DNA of 64,000 nucleotides from Terriglobia bacterium (GTDB lineage Bacteria; Acidobacteriota; Terriglobia; 20CM-2-55-15): NCBI GenBank assembly GCA_963664115.2, contig CAXWPJ010000005.1, positions 224,001 to 288,000 of the forward strand, read 5' to 3'. Shown piece by piece: positions 29,679 to 38,600 of this stretch (position 1 is its first letter; each line of letters starts with the position of its first letter). The notes under the pieces were generated by a model. It saw only the letters and a program-made list of their open reading frames with translations, ran no database searches and was not told where the DNA came from. The position numbers and the translations under genes were made by a program.

Positions 29679-31136
29679 ATGAAACTAGCCGACTCTAAAA
29701 GCGAAGCCAGAATCCTGATCGTTGGAGCCGGGACCACTGGGCGGGAGCTGCTGCGTCGTCTGGCCCCGGTCTGGCCCGTTGCTATCGTTGATATCGATCC
29801 AGAAAAACTGGAACGTCTTGCGGACGACGTCGATTCCGAGCAGGTTCACACGACGGTCGGAGACGGGACGAGCCGCCTCGTACTGGAACAGGCCGGCATT
29901 ACCCAGGTCGATTACGTCGTCGCAGTAACCGACCGCGACCCGACCAACCTGGAAGTCTGCCGCCTGGCTCGAGAGGACTTCGACAAATCCAACTTGTACG
30001 CGGCTGTCGTCAGCTTTGCCGAACGGGACCGATACGGGCAGGCCGGGATTGATTTTGTGACGCCATCCTATGCCGCGGCCGTCAGCCTGGAGCACCAGGT
30101 ACTGCATGGAGTCGGTACGTCCCTCACTGCGGCGGAAGCGCGCGGTGAAGTGGTCGAGGTGAGCGTCCTTCCCTCCTCTCCGATGATAGGGCGGCCGCTG
30201 TCTTCTGTCCGCTCACGGCGATGGCATGTCGGTGCGATCTACCGAAACGACTTACTGGTGGTTCCCACGGGATCGACACGAATCGAGGCCGAGGATCGCG
30301 TGGTTCTGATCGGTGAAAAGGAAATCCTGCCGTCGATCGGGCAGTTCTTCAGACTCGGCGAGCCGGAGTTTCCCCTGGAGTTCGGTTCCAACGTCATGGT
30401 GCTCACCGAAAGTGCCCTGGACTTCGGGCACATCGTCGGTGAACTGGGCTATGTGCTGGGCCACAGCCGGGCACGCGGCGTCGAAGTCCTGTTTTGGCCC
30501 CATGAACCGGGTCTCGAAGAAGCGTTGGAGCGAACGCTTCAGGAACACGGCATCGAGTCGTCAACGCTGGCAGTCTTTGGCGACTACGGCAGCGTTGCCG
30601 CAAAGCATGTCGTCACGCATGACTGTGGATTTCTCGTCGTTCCTGACGAACGATTTCGATTCCTGGAACGCCTGGGTCTGCGCCGGACTGCACTGGCGTC
30701 CATTTTCAAGCAGATGGACTCTCCAATGGCAATCCTGCGCGGCAGTGATCCTTATCGCAAGATCCTGCTTCCGATAACCGAAGCCGAAGCATCAATGGAC
30801 GTAGCGCGGCTTGCGTTCGATCTGGCCCGAATCTACGAAGCAAGCGTCACGATCGCCACGGTAACGGCTCCCAGATTCGTCGTCGGCGGACGCGCGATCG
30901 AAGACCAAAAGGCAGCCCTGGAAAAGATCACGCATCTTGCGAACCTCTATCGTCTGGAAGTTGAGCAGCTGCATCGTGAAGGTAACCCGGTAGAGGAAAT
31001 CGTCAACATTTCGAACGATTTCAACCTGTTGGTACTGGCTCATGGGAAAGAACGGAAGCCATCGTTCTTCAATCCCGACGTGAGCCAGCATCTGTTGCGC
31101 CGGGCACCGATCACAACCATCGTGCTTCCAACCTGA
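29679..31136 (+). CDS. TrkA-type RCK_N/RCK_C protein fused to universal-stress (USP)-like domains
   Basis: IVGAGTTG Rossmann motif, GDGT, RCK_C segment GAIYRNDLLVVP, C-terminal KILLPI...EGNPVEEIV...LLVL USP pattern. Alternative start at 29640. Confidence 0.82.
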   Translation: MKLADSKSEARILIVGAGTTGRELLRRLAPVWPVAIVDIDPEKLERLADDVDSEQVHTTVGDGTSRLVLEQAGITQVDYVVAVTDRDPTNLEVCRLAREDFDKSNLYAAVVSFAERDRYGQAGIDFVTPSYAAAVSLEHQVLHGVGTSLTAAEARGEVVEVSVLPSSPMIGRPLSSVRSRRWHVGAIYRNDLLVVPTGSTRIEAEDRVVLIGEKEILPSIGQFFRLGEPEFPLEFGSNVMVLTESALDFGHIVGELGYVLGHSRARGVEVLFWPHEPGLEEALERTLQEHGIESSTLAVFGDYGSVAAKHVVTHDCGFLVVPDERFRFLERLGLRRTALASIFKQMDSPMAILRGSDPYRKILLPITEAEASMDVARLAFDLARIYEASVTIATVTAPRFVVGGRAIEDQKAALEKITHLANLYRLEVEQLHREGNPVEEIVNISNDFNLLVLAHGKERKPSFFNPDVSQHLLRRAPITTIVLPT

Positions 31137-31146
31137 ATCGATCCGC

Positions 31147-32334
31147 ATGGACATCACTCAAGCCATCACCCTGCTGGTTATTTCGCTTGGAGCCTTCGTG
31201 GTCCCGCTGTTGAGCGGACGCGTGGGTGTGCCCGCTGCCGTTGGCGAAATTGCGTTCGGAATGTTGGTCGGTCCCTTTGTCCTGGGCGTGGTTGCTGAAA
31301 CAGAATTCTTTGGATTTCTCGCGGAGTTCGGCTTCGCTTTCCTGATGTTCCTGGCCGGACTGGAGTTGGATTTTGCGAACCTGGAGCGCAAGGGCGGGCG
31401 CGTACTCTGGCTGAGCCTCGGTGTTGCCTCCCTCACGATTGGACTGGCCTTTCTGGCCGCTGTCCGTATGGGCTGGTCCCCTTTTTGGGGAATCGTGCTC
31501 GGGGCAACCTCCATTGGCCTCGTCCTGGTAACGCTAAGGGAAACAGGCGCCGCACGATCCGATTTCGGTCAGACGGTTATCCTTGTCGGATCGATCGGCG
31601 AGTTCGGGACGATCATCATCGCAACGCTGTACAACATCGTATTCCGCTTCGGCTTCGGCTTCGCCTTCATCGGAGAGTTGATTCGCCTTATCGCGGTATT
31701 CGCCGTCGCCTATCTGGTCCTGAGGACGCTGCGCCTTTTGGTCTGGTGGTTCCCATCACAGTTCTCGAGAATGATCGATATCGAAGACCCTTCTGAAGTT
31801 GGCGTCCGCGCCGGCCTGGCGCTGATGATCGCGTTTGTCGCAGTATCAGAACTTCTCGGTGTGGAAGCAATCCTTGGGGCCTTTCTGGCCGGAGCGTTGT
31901 TCTCTTTCGTTTTTCGTGAGAAAGGGATTCTGGAAACCAAACTGGCTGGCGTCGGTCATGGTTTCTTTATCCCCGTATTTTTTATCTACGTCGGTGTTAG
32001 CTTTAATCTGGGCGCGCTCGGGAATCGGGATATCTACCCGCTGATGGGCCAGATACTCATCTTGTCACTGCTGGTCAAAGTCGTCGCCTCAACCGTACTG
32101 GCCAGCATGCATTTCGGTCCACGGCAAATTGCGGGAGCGTCTCTGCTTCTGGCAACGCCCCTGACTTTGCTCGTCGCCATTTCCGCTCTCGGTCTGGAAC
32201 TCGGCGCCCTGAACGATATGGAAAGCGCCAGCGTCATCCTTGTAGCCGTCCTCTCCAGCCTGCTCTTCCCTATTGCCTTCAGACGGCTCGGTATACCCGC
32301 GAAAGAGGCCGCTGGGGAAGCCGTCGCGGAGTAG
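31147..32334 (+). CDS. Cation:proton antiporter (CPA2)
   Basis: GEIAFGMLVGP, FLMFLAGLELD, ILGAFLAG, FFIPVFFIYVG; many TM segments. Confidence 0.9.
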   Translation: MDITQAITLLVISLGAFVVPLLSGRVGVPAAVGEIAFGMLVGPFVLGVVAETEFFGFLAEFGFAFLMFLAGLELDFANLERKGGRVLWLSLGVASLTIGLAFLAAVRMGWSPFWGIVLGATSIGLVLVTLRETGAARSDFGQTVILVGSIGEFGTIIIATLYNIVFRFGFGFAFIGELIRLIAVFAVAYLVLRTLRLLVWWFPSQFSRMIDIEDPSEVGVRAGLALMIAFVAVSELLGVEAILGAFLAGALFSFVFREKGILETKLAGVGHGFFIPVFFIYVGVSFNLGALGNRDIYPLMGQILILSLLVKVVASTVLASMHFGPRQIAGASLLLATPLTLLVAISALGLELGALNDMESASVILVAVLSSLLFPIAFRRLGIPAKEAAGEAVAE

Positions 32335-32452
32335 TTCAAAGTGGGGAAAGCGCACGGGAGAAGGGATGGGGGAGGACCTAACGCTGCCGTGCATCCAACG
32401 TCCTGAATTACCAGTCCGCTACCTGCCTTGTAATTTCGTTCGGGACCGGTCC

Positions 32453-32663
32453 GATCATCTTATTACTCTAAACGCCTCGGCTTCCGCCTCGTTGTTCACC
32501 CGCAGCGAGGAACGCTGCGGGTTATGTTGGGGACACTGTTTGAACATTCCGTAATTCCAATTAAGCCTCGCCATCAGGATGATAGCGAGGGTCGCCGGTC
32601 GTTCGGCCCACGCGTGGAACGCGACAGCTTTGGTCAGCCGTTTGAACGACCGAGCGAAATCTT
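32453..32663. ncRNA. Unassigned structured repeat / candidate ncRNA, copy B
   Basis: Homologous to 20196-20407; lies between convergent genes. Confidence 0.55.
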
Positions 32664-32680
32664 CTCCCAACGACAGGCTG

Positions 32681-33565
32681 CTACCGCGCAGCAATTATTA
32701 AAGGCTGGCGCAGTGTGAACCCGAGCAGGGTTTCGGCAGGAATGTTCAGGCGCTCGCCTTTGGTCATCACCTGGACGGCACCGGCGGCACCGGCACCGAC
32801 TCCGGCACCGATCGCGGCGCCCTTGCCGCCTCCGGCGATCAATCCGATGAGCGCTCCGAGTCCGGCCGCCGTACCGACCCGCGTTGCGGTCTCTTCACCG
32901 CGGCCCTCAGCCACCTCGGAATACTCAGCGGTGGTCAATGCATACGGAATCCCGTTCACGACGATCTGGCTCAACTCGAGCTGTAATTCGGCGGATCCCC
33001 TGACGCGCCCCGCTCCCCGAACTTCGACGATGCGGCCTCGAACGTCCGAACCCAGTGGCGCGACCTCGATACTTTCGACCATCAGGGGTTCCGCAAGCCT
33101 GGCCGTGAACGACTGTCCCACCGTATCGGTCTCGCTATCGATACTGTCAATCAAACGAATCAGGAGACTGGATCCGCTTGGGATCGTCCATGCGGTGTTG
33201 GCTGCTGGTTCGGCTGCCGGACGGTTGCCCAGTTCTTCGCGTGACTGCAAGCGCACCGGCGGCTCGGAAGGCGTGTCGACGTCGACAACTACTTCGGCTT
33301 CTTCCCGTCTATCCAGAACAGGACGGGTAGCCACGGTGGGTCTCGATTGAACGATGTCGCCTCCAAACTCGATCCCGGCTATCGACAGCAGGTCATATTC
33401 TTCTACGCCCGCGTCGGTCCTGAACTGAATCACCCGTGAGGATCCGCCCTCGTAATAGCCGCTGATCCGGTCTCCGTTTTTGAGAAGCAGCGTGTCCGAA
33501 TAACCCGTGACCGCAAGCGCCATGAATAGCGCTACAAAGATTCCGTACTTCAGACCTGTTTTCAT
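32681..33565 (-). CDS. Secreted hypothetical protein with C-terminal glycine zipper
   Basis: Signal peptide; DTLLLKNG; TIPSGSSLLIRLIDSIDS beta domain; GALIGLIAGGGKGAAIGAGVGA zipper. Confidence 0.75.
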   Translation of the reverse strand: MKTGLKYGIFVALFMALAVTGYSDTLLLKNGDRISGYYEGGSSRVIQFRTDAGVEEYDLLSIAGIEFGGDIVQSRPTVATRPVLDRREEAEVVVDVDTPSEPPVRLQSREELGNRPAAEPAANTAWTIPSGSSLLIRLIDSIDSETDTVGQSFTARLAEPLMVESIEVAPLGSDVRGRIVEVRGAGRVRGSAELQLELSQIVVNGIPYALTTAEYSEVAEGRGEETATRVGTAAGLGALIGLIAGGGKGAAIGAGVGAGAAGAVQVMTKGERLNIPAETLLGFTLRQPLIIAAR

Positions 33566-33779
33566 CGGAAATCCCTCCAAAAGATGGCCTTATGTGCTGT
33601 CGAAACAGCTCCTGTCACCTGCATCAGACCGAACTATGGTGTTTGACGCCGTAGCTCAAGAAAAGTTTAACCTCGCGTCTTGCCGAATCAGGGCCTTCCC
33701 GCACACCGCCGAAACGCCCGTAAGCGGAAGCTCAGAGCGGAGTTAGGAACAGCAGCCCGTGCTAAAATTCTCTCGGTCA

Positions 33780-33853
33780 GCGCCCGTAGCTCAGTTGGAT
33801 AGAGCACCGGCCTTCTAAGCCGTAGGTCGCAGGTTCGAATCCTGCCGGGCGTA
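33780..33853 (+). tRNA. tRNA-Arg(TCT)
   Basis: Cloverleaf: acceptor GCGCCCG/CGGGCGT, D-arm TAGCTCAGTTGGATAGAGC, anticodon loop CTTCTAA, T-arm GCAGG-TTCGAAT-CCTGC; CCA not encoded. Confidence 0.95.
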
Positions 33854-34032
33854 CTTTTATTTTGAAAGTCTTGGCGCAACATCTCTTCGGTGGGGAAGGG
33901 GGCTTGTACCGGCATTTGTACTGTCGGACAGTACGGATAAGTAAAACAACCGGTGTTCGCAGTGCAAGGGGCGTCTTCGACGAACCGCTCGAAGCTGAGC
34001 GAGCGACAGACTATGTATCGAGCTTCTCCTTG

Positions 34033-35100
34033 TTATGGCTGGACGATCCACGGGTGGCTGAACCACAGGTAACGGCCGTCGTTTCGCGGTGCCGTGCAAT
34101 TGACGCGATGGCGCCCCGGGGTTAATGAATTCTCGGGTCCGACGATAAAGCGCCGGGCGTCTTCCTGCCAGTCTACATCGACGCGCCCCTGCCCACTCAC
34201 GAAACAGGCGAGCTCACCGAGACGGGCGTTCGTTTCTCCGAGCGTGATTTTTATGGTGGGTCGGGTCGAGCTCGTTACCGGGTCCCAAGGTTCGACCTGC
34301 AACACCGGCATGGGAAGGCTCGCCGCCTTGGTGCGGAATTGGTCGATATCACCGAACGCCTCGGCCATGGGGTAGCGGGGCAGAGCCCGATCGTCGCTGT
34401 GAGGACCGGCCGGCCCGGAGTGCTGCCCGAAGCTCACGTAGCCCAGTTCCTGCAGTAGATTGCCGGTAGCGGTGTCGAACTCGCCATACGGATAGGCGAA
34501 GGCGCCGGTCAACGGCTCCAGCTCATCGGCCAGACGCCGCCCGCCTCTTTCCACATCCGCACGCACCCTCGCCAGCCAGTCGGCCTCGGTCTCCCCGACC
34601 TCCCGTTCGATCACCGAGCGGTGGGTAGCGCCGTGATTCGCGAAGGTCGCGCCGTTCGTTGCCATGCTACGCATCTGCTCCCAGGTCATGTAGCCGGTCA
34701 GACCCTCGTCTACGGGATCGGCGGCGACGAACACCGTGAAGGGGAAGCCGTGTGCCTGGAGCAGCGGGTAGGCGACGTCGTGCACCGACCGGTAGGCGTC
34801 GTCGATGGTGATGGCAACCGCATGCTCCGGGAGCGAAGCGCCTTCGTTGACGGCGGCCAGGACCTCAGCCAGCGGAATGACTTCATACCCGGAGGAGTCC
34901 AGGTGCTCCAGATGCGCCTCGAACTGATCGACGCGGATATTGGTCGACGGGAGTCGATCCTCGCCGAAGCGGTGGTACATCAATACGACGGCACTGTCCT
35001 GAGCGATTGCTGGAAGGAGTGGCGTCAGCGGCGCCAGGGCGAGCCATAGGAGGAAATCCCACTGTGCCCTGCGCTTAAAGTTCAATGCCGTAGCGGTCAT
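34033..35100 (-). CDS. Polysaccharide deacetylase (CE4/NodB-like), exported
   Basis: VLMYHRFG, AITIDDAY, FANHGATH, FAYPYGE; start at ATG 35100 (RBS AAGGA) rather than 35445. Confidence 0.88.
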   Translation of the reverse strand: MTATALNFKRRAQWDFLLWLALAPLTPLLPAIAQDSAVVLMYHRFGEDRLPSTNIRVDQFEAHLEHLDSSGYEVIPLAEVLAAVNEGASLPEHAVAITIDDAYRSVHDVAYPLLQAHGFPFTVFVAADPVDEGLTGYMTWEQMRSMATNGATFANHGATHRSVIEREVGETEADWLARVRADVERGGRRLADELEPLTGAFAYPYGEFDTATGNLLQELGYVSFGQHSGPAGPHSDDRALPRYPMAEAFGDIDQFRTKAASLPMPVLQVEPWDPVTSSTRPTIKITLGETNARLGELACFVSGQGRVDVDWQEDARRFIVGPENSLTPGRHRVNCTAPRNDGRYLWFSHPWIVQP

Positions 35101-35169
35101 TCGAGTTTCCTTGATTTCTGTGACTTCCGCATCTTCGGGGTTTTCGTATCGCGGCATAATACCGGCTTG

Positions 35170-35569
35170 ATGCGACGTAATCTGGACAGTTATTGGTCCG
35201 CTGCATGGGCGGTGCTGGCTGCGGTATTCACCGCCGGTCTGCCCGCGCCCGTCAATAGCGCGTCCACGATCGATGAACGCCGACTCTCGTTCTATCACAC
35301 CCATACCCGCGAGACGCTGGACGTTACGTATACCATTAATGGGGAGGGCACGGATTCCGCACTCACGGAGATCAATGAGTTCCTGTCGGACTTTCGAACA
35401 GGTGACATCGAAGTCGTTGACCCGGAGCTTCTGGATTTGATTCACGACGTCCGTGCATCACTCCGCAGCAGCGAAACGTTTGAGGTCATTTCGGACTACC
35501 GCTAACTCAAGACCAACGAAATGCTCCGCGCCAGAAGCGGCGGCGTTGCCCGCAACAGTGAACACGTGC
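35170..35569 (+). pseudogene. YcbK/DUF882 (peptidase M15-like) pseudogene
   Basis: RRLSFYHTHTRE, DFRTG, DPELLDL, EVISDYR*LKTNEMLR..SGGVARNSEH; in-frame TAA at 35503-35505, and the 3' end is cut by the oriIS copy. Confidence 0.82.
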
Positions 35570-35710
35570 CAGAGGCCATTTTTGAGGAATTAACGTCCTC
35601 TTGGGCTCTTCAGGTTGCCCTGTCGAGCGTATTCGCGAGGGCTGGGCCTCGGAGTCGGCGCTGTTTCCCCGATCATTCTCGGGCCGAGGGCTCTTATTTC
35701 TCCTATACTC
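35570..35710 (+). repeat. Orphan copy of the IS91/ISCR-like oriIS end (141 bp)
   Basis: 140/141 identical to 57723-57863; ends in TTTCTCCTATACTC, resembling the ISCR ori terminus (..TTCCTATAC). Confidence 0.85.
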
Positions 35711-35721
35711 ATCTTATTCTT

Positions 35722-35744
35722 CTTTGCGCCTTTGCGCCTTTGCG
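35722..35744. repeat. Short tandem octamer repeat (CTTTGCGC)x~3
   Basis: Read directly; lies just downstream of the DUF512 fragment stop. Confidence 0.7.
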
Positions 35745-35752
35745 GTAAAAAA

Positions 35753-36140
35753 TCATCCTGCTGCTTCTGATCTAAGCACTTCCAGGAATTCGGTGGCGCT
35801 GTAGCCGGAACGGAGGACCCGGACACCCAGATCGCTTTCCACGTCAGCGAGAGTCATATCGTCTAGAAAAAGGCCTTCCTCACCAATCATGGCCTCCGAT
35901 GGCAGAACGACGAAGTCGCCATAGACCTTGTCCTTGAGGGCCGCTACGAAATCACTGCCCGTCAACAACCCGGCCACATTGATCCCGGAGCCCCAGAACC
36001 GGTTCTCCACAACGACCGTCTTGAGATCCAGCCCCAGTCGGGCGACACATTCGGTAAGGTAGGGATGGAAGAGTCGCCCGGTACAGAGCGTTCCTTTGGT
36101 GACAGTGCCATTTGAAGCGGTGCTACTCCATTTAGAAGCT
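35753..36140 (-). pseudogene. 3' fragment of a DUF512 (radical-SAM-associated) gene
   Basis: GTLCTGRLF...VENRFWGSGINVAGLLTGSD...FLDDMTLADVE matches the DUF512 C-terminus; the N-terminal part is missing and the 5' boundary is approximate. Confidence 0.7.
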
Positions 36141-36144
36141 GGAA

Positions 36145-36600
36145 TTGACCGACGTTCGGCTCGACGGCTGCAAGCTCGCCAACAGCAACTGGAACGAGGC
36201 TTCGATTTTTCGGACGGAGTTTCTCGATTGCCGGCTCACAGGTGTCGACCTGACGAGCGCTTCGATTCGGCATACGCTGTTTCAGGGATGCACCCTGGAG
36301 CTGAGCAATTTCCGTTTCTCTTCATTCAAGGACGTTTACTTCGTCAATTGCGTCGCCCTCGATGCTGACTTCCAGGGAGCCGATCTGAGAGGATCGGTGT
36401 TTTGGGAGTGCGACCTCAGGAACGTTCAATTCTCCGGAACGAAATTAGCCGGAGCGGATCTTCGTGGCTCTCGAATAGAAGGCATTGGCATAAAGCCGGA
36501 GGAGTTGAAGGGCCTCATCATCGATGAGACTCAGTTCGGCGTATTGTCCTGGCAGTTCGCAAGTCTATTTGGAATTGAGGTTCGCAACCTCGAAGAGTAG
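36145..36600 (+). CDS. Pentapeptide-repeat protein (probably 5'-truncated)
   Basis: A(D/N)LxxA-type repeats (ADFQGADLRGS, AGADLRGS); TTG start with no clear RBS. Confidence 0.75.
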   Translation: MTDVRLDGCKLANSNWNEASIFRTEFLDCRLTGVDLTSASIRHTLFQGCTLELSNFRFSSFKDVYFVNCVALDADFQGADLRGSVFWECDLRNVQFSGTKLAGADLRGSRIEGIGIKPEELKGLIIDETQFGVLSWQFASLFGIEVRNLEE

Positions 36601-36752
36601 CGGACTGAACCCGCGCGATTGGGTTGACGCTAATGCGTTTGCGATTTCGCTCAAACAACAAATGCCAACCTGATTGTCATCAACCTTCACGGCAAGATAC
36701 GTATCGAGCGCACCGTACCGCAATCTAACCGCACACGCAGTTTGAGATCGAT

Positions 36753-38600
36753 CTAAAGGTCCGAATCATCGGATTCCACATCCTCCTTTGCCGGGTTCCG
36801 CTTTGCCTGAATCTGATCGAATCGGAGGCCGCTGGACCGTTCCCCGCGTCCAGCACGTTTGTCGATTCCGGCCCAGACCGAGGTGCGACCGCCATGCCAC
36901 CGACATCGGCGGAACGCCTTCCGAACGCGGATGCCAGTGCGTGGCACTTCTTCTTCGTGGACGTAGGAGGGTGGTGGGGGTGCGGAAATGATCCGGGTTC
37001 GGCCAGCGATCGGGTCCGCCGCCGAGACTCCGTCAAGGTACCGCAACATCGCCGACCGCTGGAGTTGGGTCTTCCTGGTGTTGCCATCGACATGGACCGG
37101 GATCAGCGGAATCCAATTTTCCGGAACACTGGTCTGAGCCAGATACCGTATCTGAGCGTCGTTGTCCTGGAGCGCAGAATCATCAATGTCCTTCGGAGTG
37201 ATGGACTCAAAGTAATGCCTCACATCGAGAGCAGCCTTGTGCCCTGGCGTTCCGCGGCCGATTTCTAGGGGTACTACGGACTCGATCCCCCATACCAAGT
37301 TGGCCATCTCATCGCGTATGAACTGGACTTCCTCCAACTTGTCGCCATTCTGCGTCTTATGGGTGGCCGCTGGAAGGAATAGCCGGGTATCGGCAGCATC
37401 GACGCCGTTGACGCTGAGCGTGTAAAGGGCCCATCGTTGCCAGTCGTCGTCTCTGCCGCGTCCGGCAGCCTCAATCCATGTCCGTTCTCCGAAGTTGTTC
37501 GTTACTTCGAACCCGGTAATAAGGGCGAGGCTTCCCGTTGCCAGTCGGAATGGAATCAGGAACCAGTCGTTTCCGTAGAGGAGACTGAATTCGGTCAGCA
37601 ACAGCTTAGCGGTGTCGGTCGTGTGGGCATCGATGTTCCCAAAATCGACATTCCCGTTTTCAAATTCCCACCATCGCGGGTTCGGCATTCCCGGAAACTG
37701 AATTGGGGCCGGAATGAAGCTGAGCGTTTCCTCTTTGACGACGCTCGAGTGGTCCTCGCCGGCGCCGAGTACGCCTACTTCGGAATCGATGTTGAAGGAA
37801 TACCAGTCGAGCCGGCCACCGGGGTAGCCGTCGGCGGTCAGGACGGTTTCCCCACCGTCGGGTTTAGGAGCCGAGCAGGCGAACGAGTATTCCAGTTGTT
37901 CGGGAATCCAGTCGTTTTTTTCGTCGCCCGAGGGTTCCTGGTAGCGATGGCCCACCCGATCCAGAAACAGATCCCGTTGAGCATCGAGTTCGGTTTGATC
38001 GGATGGTTCCGAAACTGTGATGCCGTCGGCTGCTGAACCGCCGGCTTCGACGAGGGTCCGGAAAGCGTCTCCATCCATGCTGCGCCCTGTGGTCGCCGCA
38101 AACCATTGCGCGACTCTTGAATGGGCATGGACCAATGCGTGGTCGGCGTCCGCGTCCGGTGTCGTGATCGGATATCTGGCGATGTAGTCGGCTCGGAAAT
38201 CCTTCGAGAGTCGCCCGTGATTCAGCGATTGGCGGATTAGATTCAGCCAGTAGCGGCCCAGTTGTAACCGCTCGGCCAGATCCAGAGGGGCTGTCTGCTG
38301 TTCGACCCGGGCCTCAAGCGGAATGCTCGAATCCATGCCGCTAGTTGCTTCGTCCTGGCCCTTATAGCGTGTGAGCCGCGTGGTTTGAACTTGGGTTCTG
38401 GCAAAGACCGGTGACCCTGCATCCTCTCCCCTGAACTCACCGAACTGCCACTGCCGGGTCAGCATCCACAGGGCATCCCTCACCTCGGCTCGCAGCGTCC
38501 TGTCAAAATCTCCCTTTCGGGGACGGCCCTCGATGCGATTCCACGAAACGATCCCCGGCTTCCAATGTTCGCGCAGCGTGCTGGAAATATTCCTGGCCAT
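36753..38600 (-). CDS. Uncharacterised protein, 615 aa (operon gene 5)
   Basis: Long ORF 1 nt after the gene 4 stop; conserved-looking motifs DALWMLTRQWQFGEFRGEDAGSP, GGRLDWYSF, FPGMPNPRWWEFE, YGNDWF, RDEMANLVWGIE, VPENWIP, EEEVPRTG. Confidence 0.85.
   Translation of the reverse strand: MARNISSTLREHWKPGIVSWNRIEGRPRKGDFDRTLRAEVRDALWMLTRQWQFGEFRGEDAGSPVFARTQVQTTRLTRYKGQDEATSGMDSSIPLEARVEQQTAPLDLAERLQLGRYWLNLIRQSLNHGRLSKDFRADYIARYPITTPDADADHALVHAHSRVAQWFAATTGRSMDGDAFRTLVEAGGSAADGITVSEPSDQTELDAQRDLFLDRVGHRYQEPSGDEKNDWIPEQLEYSFACSAPKPDGGETVLTADGYPGGRLDWYSFNIDSEVGVLGAGEDHSSVVKEETLSFIPAPIQFPGMPNPRWWEFENGNVDFGNIDAHTTDTAKLLLTEFSLLYGNDWFLIPFRLATGSLALITGFEVTNNFGERTWIEAAGRGRDDDWQRWALYTLSVNGVDAADTRLFLPAATHKTQNGDKLEEVQFIRDEMANLVWGIESVVPLEIGRGTPGHKAALDVRHYFESITPKDIDDSALQDNDAQIRYLAQTSVPENWIPLIPVHVDGNTRKTQLQRSAMLRYLDGVSAADPIAGRTRIISAPPPPSYVHEEEVPRTGIRVRKAFRRCRWHGGRTSVWAGIDKRAGRGERSSGLRFDQIQAKRNPAKEDVESDDSDL

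Noticed and set aside
33780-33853. C27:U43 mismatch in the tRNA-Arg anticodon stem as evidence of a chimeric tRNA made by integration
   Set aside because: Both 3'-half copies are identical, so this integration cannot explain it; mismatches at this pair are tolerated in tRNAs.
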